A DNA stretch of 64,000 nucleotides from Eledone cirrhosa (Eukaryota), in NCBI GenBank assembly GCA_964016885.1, contig OZ024751.1, positions 44,640,001 through 44,704,000 of the forward strand. Reading direction: 5' to 3'. This document shows, in pieces, positions 14,025 through 27,830 of the stretch. Under the pieces are notes generated by a model. It ran no database searches. It saw only the letters and a list, made by a program, of their open reading frames with translations, and was not told the DNA's origin. Made by a program: the position numbers and the translations under genes. The first letter of the stretch is position 1; every line of letters starts with the position of its first letter.

Positions 14025-14308
14025 CGATCAATAATTTGTTCACCGAAGTATAGGTCAATAATTTTATTACCGAAGTTTAGATAAATAATTTTATCAGAAC
14101 AGTGTGAATCAATTTGATCACTGAAGTATAGATCAATTTGATCACTAAATAGTGATTACTTTGATCATTGAAGTGTAGTTCAATTTGATCACCCAAGTAT
14201 AGCTCAATAATTTGATCACCGAAGTGTAGTTCAATTTGATCACCAAAGTATAGCTCAAGAATTTGATCACCGATGTGTAGATCAATAATTTGATCACCGA
14301 AGTGTAGG
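14025..14308. repeat. Degenerate 24-30-bp minisatellite
   Basis: Recurring AATTTGATCACCGAAGTRTAG. Confidence 0.8.
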
Positions 14309-15362
14309 TATTTAACCTATGACTAGATTTGAACGTTAAAAGAAAGTTTATTACGTGGATTATATATATATATAAACACATACATACCTTCATACATACA
14401 TGTGTCTGTGTGTGTCTGTGTGTGTCTCTGTGTGTCTGTGTATGCATACATACACTTATGTACGAGTGTATGTATTTCTACATACAAACTCACACACAGA
14501 GATAACACATAGATTCCCACACGCGTTTGTATATGTGACAAAAGATTTAAGGAAAAACATATTTATTTACTGTATTCATGGATGATTTTGATGGCCAATC
14601 TTATATATATGCACATATATATATATATATATACATATATTTGAAGGCCCGTTGCTTGATTTGAGCGTCAGATTCACAATCTAGGTGATGTGTTGTGTTC
14701 TTGAGCAAGACACTTTATTTCACGTTACTCCATTTCACTCAGCTATACGTTGAAATGAGTTGCGACGTCATTGGTCCAAGTTGCATCAGCCTTTACCTTT
14801 TCCTTGGGCAACATCATATATAGTGTGTATATAGAATATAGTGTATATATAATGTATATAGTGTATATTTGTGTCAAGCTCTATCGGGCTTCGTTGTTCT
14901 CTTGGACACCATCGTTACATGGGCAACTGCTAGTCTTCCACAGAAACACATTGTCCAGATTTGTGCCTCGAAAGGGGATCTTGCTAAGTTGCAATCTCGT
15001 GGTCATTCGTGATCGAAGGGGGTAGGTAAATACTTATGTATGTATATGATTTATTACGATGTTCAATTGATTAAGATTTCATATAAGATCCACGAACACA
15101 GACAATATATCCAGCATGGTTTCCATCATACCCATATTATCGATTTTGTAAAACACAGAGGTGAAGATACTAATGAAGAGTGAGGCATTAAGCACGGACG
15201 CTACGCCCAACTTTGGGGCCATATCAACAACCTTTCTATGAAATAAATTACTTGATGGTCGCAAAAAGATGTAATTTCCATTGATAACATGGTACGTCAT
15301 AATTTGAGACTTCTTTTTGTGACGTAATAAAACTTGAGCAAATAAAACAGATTTTGAGCTAG

Positions 15363-15495
<133 letters not shown>

Positions 15496-15496
15496 C

Positions 15497-15708
15497 ATTC
15501 ATATATATTTTTATTTGTTTGACCCGAATTTTCTTGGTCGTATTTTTGGCTGTGCGAATGATTGTTTAAGCATCGTCTCAGTGTGTTGGTATTAAACGTT
15601 AGTTATAGCTCTGGTTTATCCGAACCATTGAGCACTTTGCCGCACATTTCGAAGATTGTTTTCTCGTTATTTCGTGGGCCGAAGTTCCGATTCTCGATAA
15701 ATTATTTG
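15497..15708 (+). mobile_element. Diverged 3' fragment of the 21196-21861 family between (TA)n arrays
   Basis: Shared blocks TCTCAGTGTGTT, TAAxCGTxAGTT, ATTGAGCxCTTT, CACAxTTCGAA and CGATTCTCG in the same order. Confidence 0.6.
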
Positions 15709-16322
15709 TATATATATATATATATATATATAGTTGTATATATATATATATATATGAAAATGAACGAACAACACACAGGAGGCAATTGTACACAGTTATA
15801 TTAGGTTCACGCCTGGTATATATATATAAATATATACATATTCTGGCTGTCAGAACTTTGAGTCAAATTCCTGCCGAGGTCAGATTTGAGTTTAGTCCTT
15901 ACGAGATCAGTTAAATAAAATACCAATTATATATACTGGAACTACACCGACCACCATTAAACCTTTAAGTGCATAAATATATAATTTGTATCCTTTATAA
16001 TATTCGCCACGTTTTCTTCCCCAAGGTATAAGGAACATGATTAAATCTGTAAAGGTTCAAAATATATTTTTTCACGGGACTGATTTTGTTTTTACGGCTG
16101 ATGTTGCTGTCGTAATTGATTCTTGGGCTTCTTTTGCTGAGTATTGTTTTCGTTATTCTCGTAATTTTTTAAGCCATATTCAGTGCTGTTCATGCAGAGA
16201 TGTCTTCAAAAGCGCTTAAGCCATAACCTTCACATCATTCGGGAATAATGTATCGCAGAATATGTTATCCATGTTTGAGGGAGATATGACTCTCAATTCT
16301 AGCATGATGATCGTCCACATAC

Positions 16323-16427
16323 AGCCTCCCCGTGGAGTTCAGTTGAAACCATTTTATTCCTTTTATTTGAGTGACGTAGAGGAAATATACTAAGCATATT
16401 ATTAGAAGTCATTCTCATAACCTCTGT
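16323..16427 (-). CDS. Candidate 105-nt exon (TEVMRMTSNNMLSIFPLRHSNKRNKMVSTELHGEA)
   Basis: Acceptor TTTTCATTACTGCAG, donor GCT|GTATGT, symmetric phase 0. Confidence 0.25.
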
Positions 16428-16977
16428 CTGCAGTAATGAAAACTTAATTCATCACTGCTGGAAATATACTTAGGATATTAAATCAACGAACTAGAGATAT
16501 TGTAAGGAAACATAGAAATTATTAAATATGATAGCTAGCAAAGAAGAAGGGGTGTGCTAATGTTTCTCTCGTAAAATAGGGATTTCAGAATTGTTACACA
16601 TCATTTCGCAAGGAATTCAGTAAGACTTCCAATCTCTACTACATAAATCCAATTTTAATTAACTATTTTTTTTTTACAGTTTCCGAACTCAATGTGTTTT
16701 TCTGCACACACAGAAACACATATAGATATAAATGACATATATACATACATGACACACATATATGATATACATCCACGACACGTACTTACACATACACAAC
16801 ACACAAACATGAGACACACACAAACACGATACACAGTATCTCGTTGACATATTTTTCATATGTATTTATGTGTTGCATACGGGTATTTTTTTGTATAAAA
16901 TGTTAATTATACGTACGTGCACGCACATAAATGAGTGTGAGAGTGTACGCGTATGTGGTAGCGTGCATATATGTGTG

Positions 16978-17008
<31 letters not shown>

Positions 17009-17016
17009 ATAAATAA

Positions 17017-17095
<79 letters not shown>

Positions 17096-17302
17096 ACCCT
17101 ACTTAAAATATTTATGAATACACACAAACATACACATGATAAATAATATAAAATTGAGCAATTTCTCAGCGAAACTGTCACTCCTTAGAACAAATATATT
17201 TCCAGCCTCAAAATATACCTACTTCATCAGTTCTGCAAGAAATATTATATATATATATGTGTACACACGCACACACACACACACACACATACATAGAAAA
17301 CA

Positions 17303-17337
<35 letters not shown>

Positions 17338-17461
17338 AATATACATACATATATAAATATATATTATTTCCACATTCGCCTCCTTTTTTCATTTTTATTA
17401 TATTTCATTTTATTCCATATATATATCTATATATTTAAATATATATATATATATATATATT

Positions 17462-17512
<51 letters not shown>

Positions 17513-18439
17513 TATGTCCACATTTTTCGTCTTATTTTCATTTTTATTTTATTTTATTTTATTGTATTTTATTGTATTTTATATATATTTTTTTCTAGTA
17601 CCATCAAAATTCACTTGAGATCGTCACACATCTACACATCACTTAATTTTACTTCCCTTCAGTACCTACAGCATTTCAAGATTTCTAATTAATTTAGATT
17701 TTATCACACCAATGAAGTCTAAATGTGGTGATGATGATGATGTTGATGATGTTGATGATGGTCGTGGTTGTGGTTATGATGGTTAGAGGAGGTGGAGTAA
17801 CTTGAATTATTTTTTTATTTTTTTTATTATATACTTTCCTTACGGTTTCCTATATTCAGTACGACTCACTCCCTGACCCGGATCATATCTCATCCAACCC
17901 ACACAAAAATAAAAACCCCAAAAAGCCGAACATCAAAAAAATCAACCAAAACTGTATTTGGCTTTACGGAAATCACTGCAATGAAAAAAAATTACAATAT
18001 TTGAGAATCAACCCTTTCACCCCATTACATATATGTAAAGGTGTGAAGGGTGGAAGGGTTTATTCTCAAATATTTTAACATTTATGTTAGGAAAAATTGT
18101 TCCGGAACCATACATTTAATCCTGTATGTCATTTGTACACACATGCTGAACATTTATGTAATTAAATCCTAGAAATTAATTACCAAAATATAATTTCTTA
18201 TGTTTAATCACACCCACGTGTCAGTAATCAACATAAACTATAGGGTTTCTCTCATACGAAACATTAATTTATCAAAACGTAATTTCCCATATCGTGTGCT
18301 TGTTCCTCTATCCAGTAATTCTAGAATATTGGTAAGAAACTCTGAGGAGAGCTGGACAATAGAGAAGAGAGCCCCGTCAGGCGAGTGTTTCGGTCCTTAA
18401 TAATGGTATACCAATGATGGACTCCAGAAATTGGTATGT

Positions 18440-20095
18440 TGTTGTTGTTGGTGGTGGTGGTGGTGGTGGTGGTGGTGGTGGTGGTGGTGGTGGTTGGTGG
18501 TGGTGGTGATTGTAGTGGTGGTAGTGGTGGTGGTGATGGTTGGTGGTGGTGGTGGTGGTGGTGGTGGTGGTGGTGGTGGTGATGGTTGGTGGTGGTGGTG
18601 GTGGTGGTGGTGATGGTTGGTGGTGATTGTAGTGGTGGTGGTGGTGGTGGTGGTGGTGGTGGTGATGGTTGGTGGTGGTGGTGGTGGTGGTGGTGGTGGT
18701 GGTGATGGTTGGTGGTGATTGTAGTGGTGGTGGTGGTGGTGGTGGTGGTGGTGGTGGTGATGGTTGGTGGTGGTGGTGGTGGTGGTGGTGATGGTTGGTG
18801 GTGATTGTAGTGGTGGTGGTGGTGGTGGTGGTGGTGATGGTTGGTGGTGGTGGTGGTGGTGGTGGTGGTGGTGGTGGTGGTGGTGGTGGTGATGGTTGGT
18901 GGTGATTGTAGTGGTGGTGGTGGTGGTGGTGGTGGTGGTGATGGTTGGTGGTGGTGGTGGTGGTGGTGATGGTTGGTGGTGATTGTAGTGGTGGTGGTGG
19001 TGGTGGTGGTGGTGGTGGTGGTGATGGTGGTGGTGGTGGTGGTGGTGGTGGTGGTGGTGGTGGTGGTGGTGGTGGTGGTGATGGTTGGTGGTGATTGTAG
19101 TGGTGGTGGTGGTGGTGGTGGTGGTGGTGATGGTTGGTGGTGGTGGTGGTGGTGGTGGTGGTGGTGGTGGTGGTGGTGGTGGTGGTGGTGATGGTTGGTG
19201 GTGATTATAGTGGTGGTGGTGGTGGTGGTGGTGGTGGTGGTGGTGATGGTTGGTGGTGATTATAGTGGTGGTGGTGGTGGTGGTGGTGGTGGTGGTGGTG
19301 GTGATGGTTGGTGGTGATTATAGTGGTGGTGGTGGTGGTGGTGGTGGTGGTGGTGGTGATGGTTGGTGGTGATTATAGTGGTGGTGGTGGTGGTGGTGGT
19401 GGTGGTGGTGGTGGTGGTGGTGGTGGTGGTGGTGGGATGGTTGGTGGTGGTGTTGGTGGTGGTGGTGGTGGTGGTGGTGGTGGTGGTGGTGGTGGTGGTG
19501 GTGATGGTTGGTGGTGATTATAGTGGTGGTGGTGGTGGTGGTGGTGGTGGTGGTGATGGTTGGTGGTGATTATAGTGGTGGTGGTGGTGGTGGTGGTGGT
19601 GGTGGTGGTGGTGGTGGTGGTGATGGTTGGTGGTGATTATAGTGGTGGTGGTGGTGGTGGTGGTGGTGGTGGTGGTGGTGGTGGTGGTGATGGTTGGTGG
19701 TGATTATAGTGGTGGTTGTGGTGGTGGTGGTGGTGGTGGTGGTGGTGGTGATGGTTGGTGGTGATTATAGTGGTGGTGGTGGTGGTGGTGGTGGTGGTGG
19801 TGGTGGTGATGGTTGGTGGTGATTATAGTGTGGTGGTGGTGGTGGTGGTGGTGGTGGTGGTGGTGGTGGTGGTGATGGTTGGTGGTGATTGTAGTGGTGG
19901 TGGTGGTGGTGGTGATGGTGGTGGTGATGGTGGTGGTGGTGGTGGTGGTGGTGGTGATGGTTGGTGGTGATTGTGGTGGTGGTGGTGGTGGTGGTGGTGA
20001 TGGTGGTGGTGATGGTGGTGGTGGTGGTGATGGTTGGTGGTGATTGTGGTGATGGTGGTGGTGGTGGTGATGGTTGGTGGTGATTGTAGTGGTGG
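18440..20095. repeat. (GGT)n array with higher-order punctuation
   Basis: GGT runs interrupted repeatedly by GATGGTTGGTGGTGATTRTAG. Confidence 0.95.
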
Positions 20096-21121
20096 AAATG
20101 CTGATGGTGCTGTTTAGGATAATGAGGGGTGGAGGTAGAGGTAGTAGTGGTGGTGGTGGTGCTGCTACAGGTGGTGTCGTGTCGACGGTGGCATTGATAA
20201 GCGTGTGGGTGGGGGAAGGGTTACTGGGGGTTTACTATAACATTTTTCATTTCATTGTGTCCCCTATACCCTCGGCAGCCATTTTATATTCCTCAATCTA
20301 TCAACAATCAGTACACTAATCAGGGGAGAGAATCTTCTATGAAATATTCCTCATTGAAAACTAAGACTACTTGAGAGCAAGATATCATCTCTGATTATAT
20401 CCAAGTTTGTTACTGAAGGCGTGCAACAGCATGGCCACAATCCAATGACTGATACCAGGAAAAAAGAGAATAAACGAAAGAATATTAAATCGATAAATCG
20501 CTAACTTTGTAGATCGATTTGGTCGTGGGTTGAGATTAGTAACAAAGATTTTTAATCGAGTTCTGATCCGTTTTTATACAACAAAATGTCTTTCCTTGTG
20601 GGTTGTTTCCTTATATTATATCATATTATATTATATTATATTATATTATATTATATTATATTATATTATATTATATTATATTATATTATATTATATCATT
20701 ATTTGTGTGCATATGTATTTTACAGTCTTCAAAGTCACTTTTTCTAATCACAATCGTTTTAACTTCGACGTGCACTGCAGATAAAAAAATAAAAAAAATT
20801 TCATATCACATGGAAAATTTTCAAAAATAATTCCAAGTTTAAAAAAATAAAAACATGAAAAAGGAATTCCGAGAAAGCATAAAAACAACTATTGCTTACT
20901 TTGTTAAATTAATCATTTTCGGGTAGAACAAAATTATCAATGGTTTTATTTCTTTTGTAAATTGCCATGGATTTTCAAAAGCTTTGGATTATATTTTCGA
21001 ACATCTATGGCACACCTACGTAACATATGCGGGGCGCAATTATGCCGCATTTAACCGTTTGAAAAAACCGACTTTAAAGAGAGAAAATTCGATTTTAATG
21101 TGGGCGGAATTTTTATTAAAG

Positions 21122-21189
<68 letters not shown>

Positions 21190-21195
21190 ATATCA

Positions 21196-21858
21196 ACAAT
21201 TCGAAAGTGTTTTTCGTTATTTCATATAGGCTGAAATTCGATTCTCGCTAATTTTTACTTGTGTTAATCTCCAGAGTCTAGCTATTGGCCAGTTAATTTT
21301 ATTGACTGCCGAATAGCTTTGTTATATTTAACCACTCTGTCGAGAGCTTCATTCGATTTGTGATATTTTGCATTTTCGCAATATTATACACAGATGAATT
21401 CATTCGCCTAATTTAGGTGTTGCCTCCCTTGCTGAACCCCACGTGGGGTCAGTTACAGACACATCTATGTGGACTTTAGAACTGAATCCCGTTGATAACG
21501 ACCCACTCCTAGTTCAGTCAGGATACGAGAAACTTAACATCCTTTATGTAAGTGGACAGTAAATGACTTATGGAGTCGCAGAAACCCCAACACTGGACTT
21601 TACCATCATTCCAGGGGTCCGGTGAGTAAAAAACATTTATGCTTTCATATATTTTTATATCTGTATATCTGTTTCACCCGAAATAGGAGATCGAATCTTC
21701 GCTGTGTGGATAATTAGTTTAACCACCATCTCAGTGTGTTTGGCCTTTAACGTAAGTTGTAAGCTCTAATTCTTTTGAATTATTGAGCGCTTTCCTCACA
21801 ATTCGAAAGTGTTTTTTCGTTATTTCATAGGCTGAAATTCGATTCTCGCTAATTTTTA

Positions 21859-21861
<3 letters not shown>
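21196..21861 (+). mobile_element. Non-coding TA-flanked element with ~64-bp terminal direct repeat (period ~600 bp) and candidate HHR
   Basis: ACAATTCGAAAGTG...TTTTACTT at 21196-21260 and 21798-21861; (TA)n on both sides; diverged homologue of the 3' part at 15497-15708. Confidence 0.7.
21487..21625 (+). ncRNA. Candidate hammerhead, UUGAUAA core with long loop II insertion
   Basis: CCG TTGATAA CGAC...(~70 nt)...GTCG ca GAA ACCCC...GGGGT C CGG. Two extra nt before GAAA make it non-canonical. Confidence 0.5.
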
Positions 21862-21901
<40 letters not shown>

Positions 21902-22312
21902 TATGAAGAGAGAAGAAACATTTAGATATAATTAGTAATAAAATGTATCATACCTAAACTGCTCCTAGATTCCTCGACTACGTAGTTTCGTGGCATAAAC
22001 AAAAACAATACATCATAAAGATATAGAGTCCTTGCGAGGTCTGCCGACTTATCAACTCCCTCTGGTCGAGCAATCTTTGAAGTGTGGGGACTGCTGGAAA
22101 GCTTCCATTACTCATACTTCTCGCCTCCTTCACCACCTCTTCTACGGCTTCGATATAAATACCCCCTCCGCCTCCGTGGTATTTTCTTCGGGGTTATAAG
22201 AGGCTTAGCTCTGTTTCTCGACCGTTATATCGCGTGACTATTCCCCCCTCCGCCTTTTGGGATTCTTTCTCACGTCGTGTAGACGCGTTCTTGAGACTAG
22301 TAAAATGAGGTA

Positions 22313-22402
22313 TCCTCTTGATAAGTCGGCAGACCTCGCAAGGACTCTATATCTTTATGATGTATTGTTTTTGTTTATGCCACGAAACTACGTAGTCGAG
22401 GA
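22313..22402 (+). ncRNA. Type I hammerhead with U3-A8 covariant core and large loop II (copy 1)
   Basis: TCCTC TTGATAA GT(c)GGCA...(~45 nt)...TGCCAC GAA ACTA cg TAGT C GAGGA: 5-bp stem I, palindromic stem III, GUC triplet. Confidence 0.75.
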
Positions 22403-22905
22403 ATCTAGGAGCAGTTTAGGTATGATACATTTTATTACTAATTATATCTAAATGTTTCTTCTCTCTTCATAATGTATTTTTAACTCTGATACTGGCTCAG
22501 TCTAGTTCAACCGGATTGGTCTGTCCCAGTCATTCATTGAGCAACATCGGTGAAGTTGGCACCCTTAACTCACGGTTGGGTGCGGATGCATTCATGTATA
22601 TGTGTGTGTCCGCATGTATCTGTGTGTTTCTAAATATATTGTTAATAACTCCCTCTGGTCGAGCAATCTTTGAAGTGTGGGGACTGCTGGAAAGCTTCCA
22701 TTACTCATACTTCTCGCCTCCTTCACCACCTCTTCTACGGCTTCGATATAAATACCCCCTCCGCCTCCGTGGTATTTTCTTCGGGGTTATAAGAGGCTTA
22801 GCTCTGTTTCTCGACCGTTATATCGCGTGACTATCTCCCCCTCCACCTTTTGGGATTCTTTCTCACGTCGTGTAGACGCGTTCTTGAGACTAGTAAAATG
22901 AGGTA

Positions 22906-22995
22906 TCCTCTTGATAAGTCGGCAGACCTCGCAAGGACTCTATATCTTTATGATGTATTGTTTTTGTTTATGCCACGAAACTACGTAGTCGAGGA
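22906..22995 (+). ncRNA. Type I hammerhead with U3-A8 covariant core (copy 2)
   Basis: Same motif 593 bp downstream of copy 1. Confidence 0.75.
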
Positions 22996-23251
22996 ATCTA
23001 GGAGCAGTTTAGGTATGATACATTTTATTACTAATTATATCTAAATGTTTCTTCTCTCTTCATAATGTATTTTTAACTCTGATACTGGTTCAGTCTAGTT
23101 CAACCTGATTGGTCTGTCCCAGTCATTCATTGAGCAACATCGGTGAAGTTGGCACCCTTATCTCACGGTTGGGTGCGGATGCATTCATGTATATGTGTGT
23201 GTCCGCATGTATCTGTGTGTTTCTAAATATATTGTTATATATATATATATA

Positions 23252-23382
23252 TAACGAAGGAAATGTGGTAAGGAACCAGGTGGACCATAACACACCAAAG
23301 TACTCAATACTTAGGGTAGTAGAGTGGGTAATAGGAACGAGTAGGACCCCGACGGCTGAGCTCAAGCCGTTTCGATGGCTAA

Positions 23383-23387
<5 letters not shown>
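23252..23387 (-). mobile_element. Family A element truncated at GCTAATTCTG
   Basis: Matches 51927-52050; lies between (TA)n and (TG)n. Confidence 0.75.
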
Positions 23388-23455
<68 letters not shown>

Positions 23456-23966
23456 CTCGCGTATGTCTGATGGTATTACACAGGTGCAAAATGCAAATAA
23501 TATATATACATATATATATATATATATGATTATATATCTATGTATGCTCTTCCCGGCATACTGAAGTGTTTAACCAACACATACATTACACATTTCTACT
23601 ACATGGAACTCTGTTCAAATTTCTCTCTATATATCGATAAACATCAGTCTCTCCCCCTCTCTATATCTACTATACAACACCCTCTCCCAACCTTCCTCAC
23701 TATATCAATTATCACCAAACTCTCCCCCTCTCTATATCTATGTATCCCATCTGTCTCTACATAACATGTACATAAATTGTAGCGCATTTAGAAATAGATG
23801 TGTATTTTGGTATTTTAGGGAGAAAAATATAATTATTGGCGGGGAGGGGGCTGACTCTCTTGCCCCCCTCCCCTGTTACACCACCCCTGTATATATATAT
23901 ATGCGTGTGTGTGTACGTGTGTGCGCGTGTGTGTGTGTGTGCGTGCGTGTGTGCATGTGCCTGTGC

Positions 23967-24034
<68 letters not shown>

Positions 24035-24379
24035 ATACGTATGCATGTATATTAAAATCACTGCAGTCACCATTAGCTTCGTTTTATATTAAAACTCTGC
24101 CTACGACTATATCCAACATCGTTGACTTATAGCAAAATGCAAATATAGAAGAAAAGGAGGGAAAATATATAAAAAGAGAAAAACAAAACATATTCAATGA
24201 TGAAAAAAATATTTTTGCTGAACCTCAGTGAAACAGGATTCTATTCATCTCAACCCACGAGCAAATCTATTTATCGATCTAAATATGCAATATGCACCCA
24301 TACGACCACACCCCACCGCACACATGTAGGTAAATATACATATATAAATAAATATTTATATATAAATATATATATATAT

Positions 24380-24605
<226 letters not shown>

Positions 24606-24706
24606 GGAATGAACTCTAAATAAATTTTTCTCCTTCTAACCTTTACCTCTTGCCTAATCATTCACGTTTTTCCTGGTACTATACCTTTTACTAATATATA
24701 TATATG

Positions 24707-24767
<61 letters not shown>

Positions 24768-24987
24768 GATGGAGTAATATACGAGTTATGCATATAGATG
24801 AAATATTCTGAACGATAGGAAGTTGGTAAAATAAAATAAACAAACAACCAATTAAACAAATTTAGGGATCATGCAACATTGGAAATTATATATATATATA
24901 TATTTAATATATATATATAGAGATATTTATATATATATTTATATATATTTATATATATATATGGTGTGTGTATATATATATATATTA

Positions 24988-25018
<31 letters not shown>

Positions 25019-25019
25019 G

Positions 25020-25141
<122 letters not shown>

Positions 25142-25173
25142 ATATATATATATTTATATATATGGTGTGTGTG

Positions 25174-25218
<45 letters not shown>

Positions 25219-25265
25219 GGCGTGTGTGTATATATATATATATATTTATATATATGGTGTGTGTG

Positions 25266-25296
<31 letters not shown>

Positions 25297-25316
25297 TTAT
25301 ATATATGGTGTGTGTG

Positions 25317-25352
<36 letters not shown>

Positions 25353-25354
25353 TG

Positions 25355-25398
<44 letters not shown>

Positions 25399-25921
25399 TG
25401 TGTGTGTGTATATATTTATATTATTTATGTATATATTTATATATAATTGAAAAAACGGAGTTAAAGATGCGCGTTAAACATATATATATATATATATATA
25501 TGCGTGTATGTGGGTGGATAGGTATGTATGTATGTATCTGTGTGTGTTTGTGTGTTTTTTGTGTGTGTGTGTGTGTGTGTATGTGATAAATTCATGCAGT
25601 GTAAGATGAGACCGAAGAAGCGAAATTTGAGCGTAAACACGCGATCTTAGGTCTTCTGTTATCATGTGAGAATACATGTACCTGTACATATAACTGTACA
25701 CATAGCTGTCGATCTATGCATACACACACATATATACATGCACACTCATATACACACGTACACATATATACATATGTGTGCATCTGCGTTTAGGCGGGTG
25801 CATGTATGTATAATCAAATTTGTATTATTTATGTATATCGATATATACGCGCTTGCATTCTTTAATGGTGCAAACATTTATACATTCATACATAGGTACA
25901 CACAAAGATATATATATGTAC

Positions 25922-25971
<50 letters not shown>

Positions 25972-25999
25972 ATATATATATGTTATATATATATATATA

Positions 26000-26035
<36 letters not shown>

Positions 26036-26038
<3 letters not shown>

Positions 26039-26483
26039 AAAGTTCTATTTAAAATTGTTGGGATACAACAAGTAAATATTTTTATAACTGATATAAAGCA
26101 CTCGACAAGTATTTGGAGTAGATATACGATATTAATAAATGGAAACTATATTTATAAAACCATATTTATTTCATTATACATATTTCAGGGATACCAAATT
26201 AAATTATTGTATGCCTTCATCAGACAAAATACAATATATAACAGTTTTACAAATAAGCTTTGACGTACCCTATTAAAATGCAACCATTATTTTTGGAAGC
26301 CATCCGGATGGCTTCCAAAAATAATGGTTGCATTTTAATAGGGTACGTCAAAGCTTATTTGTAAAACTGTTATATATTGTATTTTGTCTGATGAAGGCAT
26401 ACAATAATTTAATTTGGTATCCCTGAAATATGTATAATGAAATAAATATGGTTTTATAAATATAGTTTCCATTTATTAATATC

Positions 26484-26489
<6 letters not shown>
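26036..26489. mobile_element. Palindromic TA-inserted element carrying a hammerhead in each arm
   Basis: Spacerless palindrome 26122-26489 centred on CATCC|GGATG (26305/26306), with ~85 bp extra on the left arm; (TA)n flanks. Confidence 0.85.
26380..26444 (+). ncRNA. Type I hammerhead (mirror copy at 26167-26231, minus)
   Basis: TATTTTGT CTGATGA AGGcATAC...GTATcCCT GAA ATA tg TAT A ATGAAATA: 8-bp stem I with two G-U pairs, stem II with one mismatch. Confidence 0.75.
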
Positions 26490-26550
<61 letters not shown>

Positions 26551-26554
<4 letters not shown>

Positions 26555-26641
26555 AACTCGTTCCTATTACCCACTACTACCCTAAGTATTGAGTACTTTG
26601 GTGCGTTATGGTCCACCTGGTTCCTTACCCCATTTCCTTCG

Positions 26642-26644
<3 letters not shown>
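26551..26644 (+). mobile_element. Short family A element with tiny fold-back
   Basis: TAGGAAC tc GTTCCTA followed by the family tail ...CCTTCGTTA. Confidence 0.7.
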
Positions 26645-26681
<37 letters not shown>

Positions 26682-26899
26682 TCTCTCGTCTACGATTTCA
26701 CAGAACTTATGTTTACCGAATTCACAGACTAGACCCCTTCTTCCTCCCGTTAGACCTGTACGGAATTCCTTCCTTGCTCACATTCCAACCAGGTTTGATG
26801 GTCTTTATTCTCTCTCGTTCACGATTTCACCGAATTTAAATTCATAGAAATTTGGGACTTGACTCCTTCTTCCTCACTTTTCGTTGCTTCACCATTTTT

Positions 26900-27068
26900 G
26901 TTTGTTTACACTCGTGTCCCCTTTATTTACGTGTCCCAACGACTTTTTTTTAGCCCAACCGGAGGTATATGGTCTTTAAAGCGATGAAATACCAATGATG
27001 GTTGGAAGATCACTGATGAAGGACTAACTTTATTCATATGTAACCCATTAGCAACCCCGCAGCACGTT

Positions 27069-27077
<9 letters not shown>
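26900..27077 (+). mobile_element. Family C TA-inserted repeat (also 27375-27555, 37560-37770, 46567-46648 minus, 53622-53850, 60173-60315)
   Basis: Shared core GCGATGAAATACCAATGATGGTTGGAAGATCACTGAYGAAGGAC in six places, always next to (TA)n. Confidence 0.75.
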
Positions 27078-27136
<59 letters not shown>

Positions 27137-27137
27137 T

Positions 27138-27168
<31 letters not shown>

Positions 27169-27170
<2 letters not shown>

Positions 27171-27310
27171 GGAACAAGTATGACCCCGACGGCAGAGCTC
27201 AAGCCGTTTCGACGGCTAATTCTGTTCCTATTACCCACTCTACTACCCTAAGTATTGAGTACTTTGGTGCGTTATGGTCCATCTTGTTCCTTACCACATT
27301 TCCTTCGTTA
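27169..27310 (+). mobile_element. Family A element with 5' inversion
   Basis: Inverted GGAACAAG...GCTAATTCTG joined to TTCCTATTACCC...CCTTCGTTA. Confidence 0.75.
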
Positions 27311-27830
27311 TATATATATATTTTTTTTTTTCATTTTTTTTCATTTTTTTTCATTTTTTTTCATTTTTTTTCCTTTCTTTGGTTTGCTTTTATCCTTCTA
27401 TGTTGTTCACTTGTCCCCCTCGCTTTACGCTATTTACTGGTCCCAATAACTTTTTTTAGTTATTGCACGCACCAACCTGAGGTATATGATTTTTAATGCG
27501 ATGAAATACCAATGATGGTTGGAAAATCACTGACGAAGGACTATTTTTATCATATATACATATATATATATATATGTATGTATATGTATATATATGCTGG
27601 TATTAGTAGTTCTGGCAATGATCAATATGATGATGATGTGCTGGTCATAATATGGTGATCATGATCATCATGAAGATGATCATGATCTTCATCATAACCC
27701 TTATCATCATCATCATCGCCATCACCACCATCACCATAATCATCAACATCATCATCATCATCATAGTGGTGATAGGTTAACTATGTGAAACAACCCGTTT
27801 AAAACCATCCCCGCAATATCCTTACAGCCA

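Larger units (their letters stand above)
21898..23237 (+). mobile_element. Retrozyme-like/PLE-derived element: inverted segment plus two tandem 593-bp units, each with a hammerhead
   Basis: 22054-22644 is repeated at 22647-23237 with a few substitutions (duplicate ORFs at 22257 and 22850). 21898-22055 is the reverse complement of ~22318-22476. (TA)n on both flanks. Confidence 0.85.
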
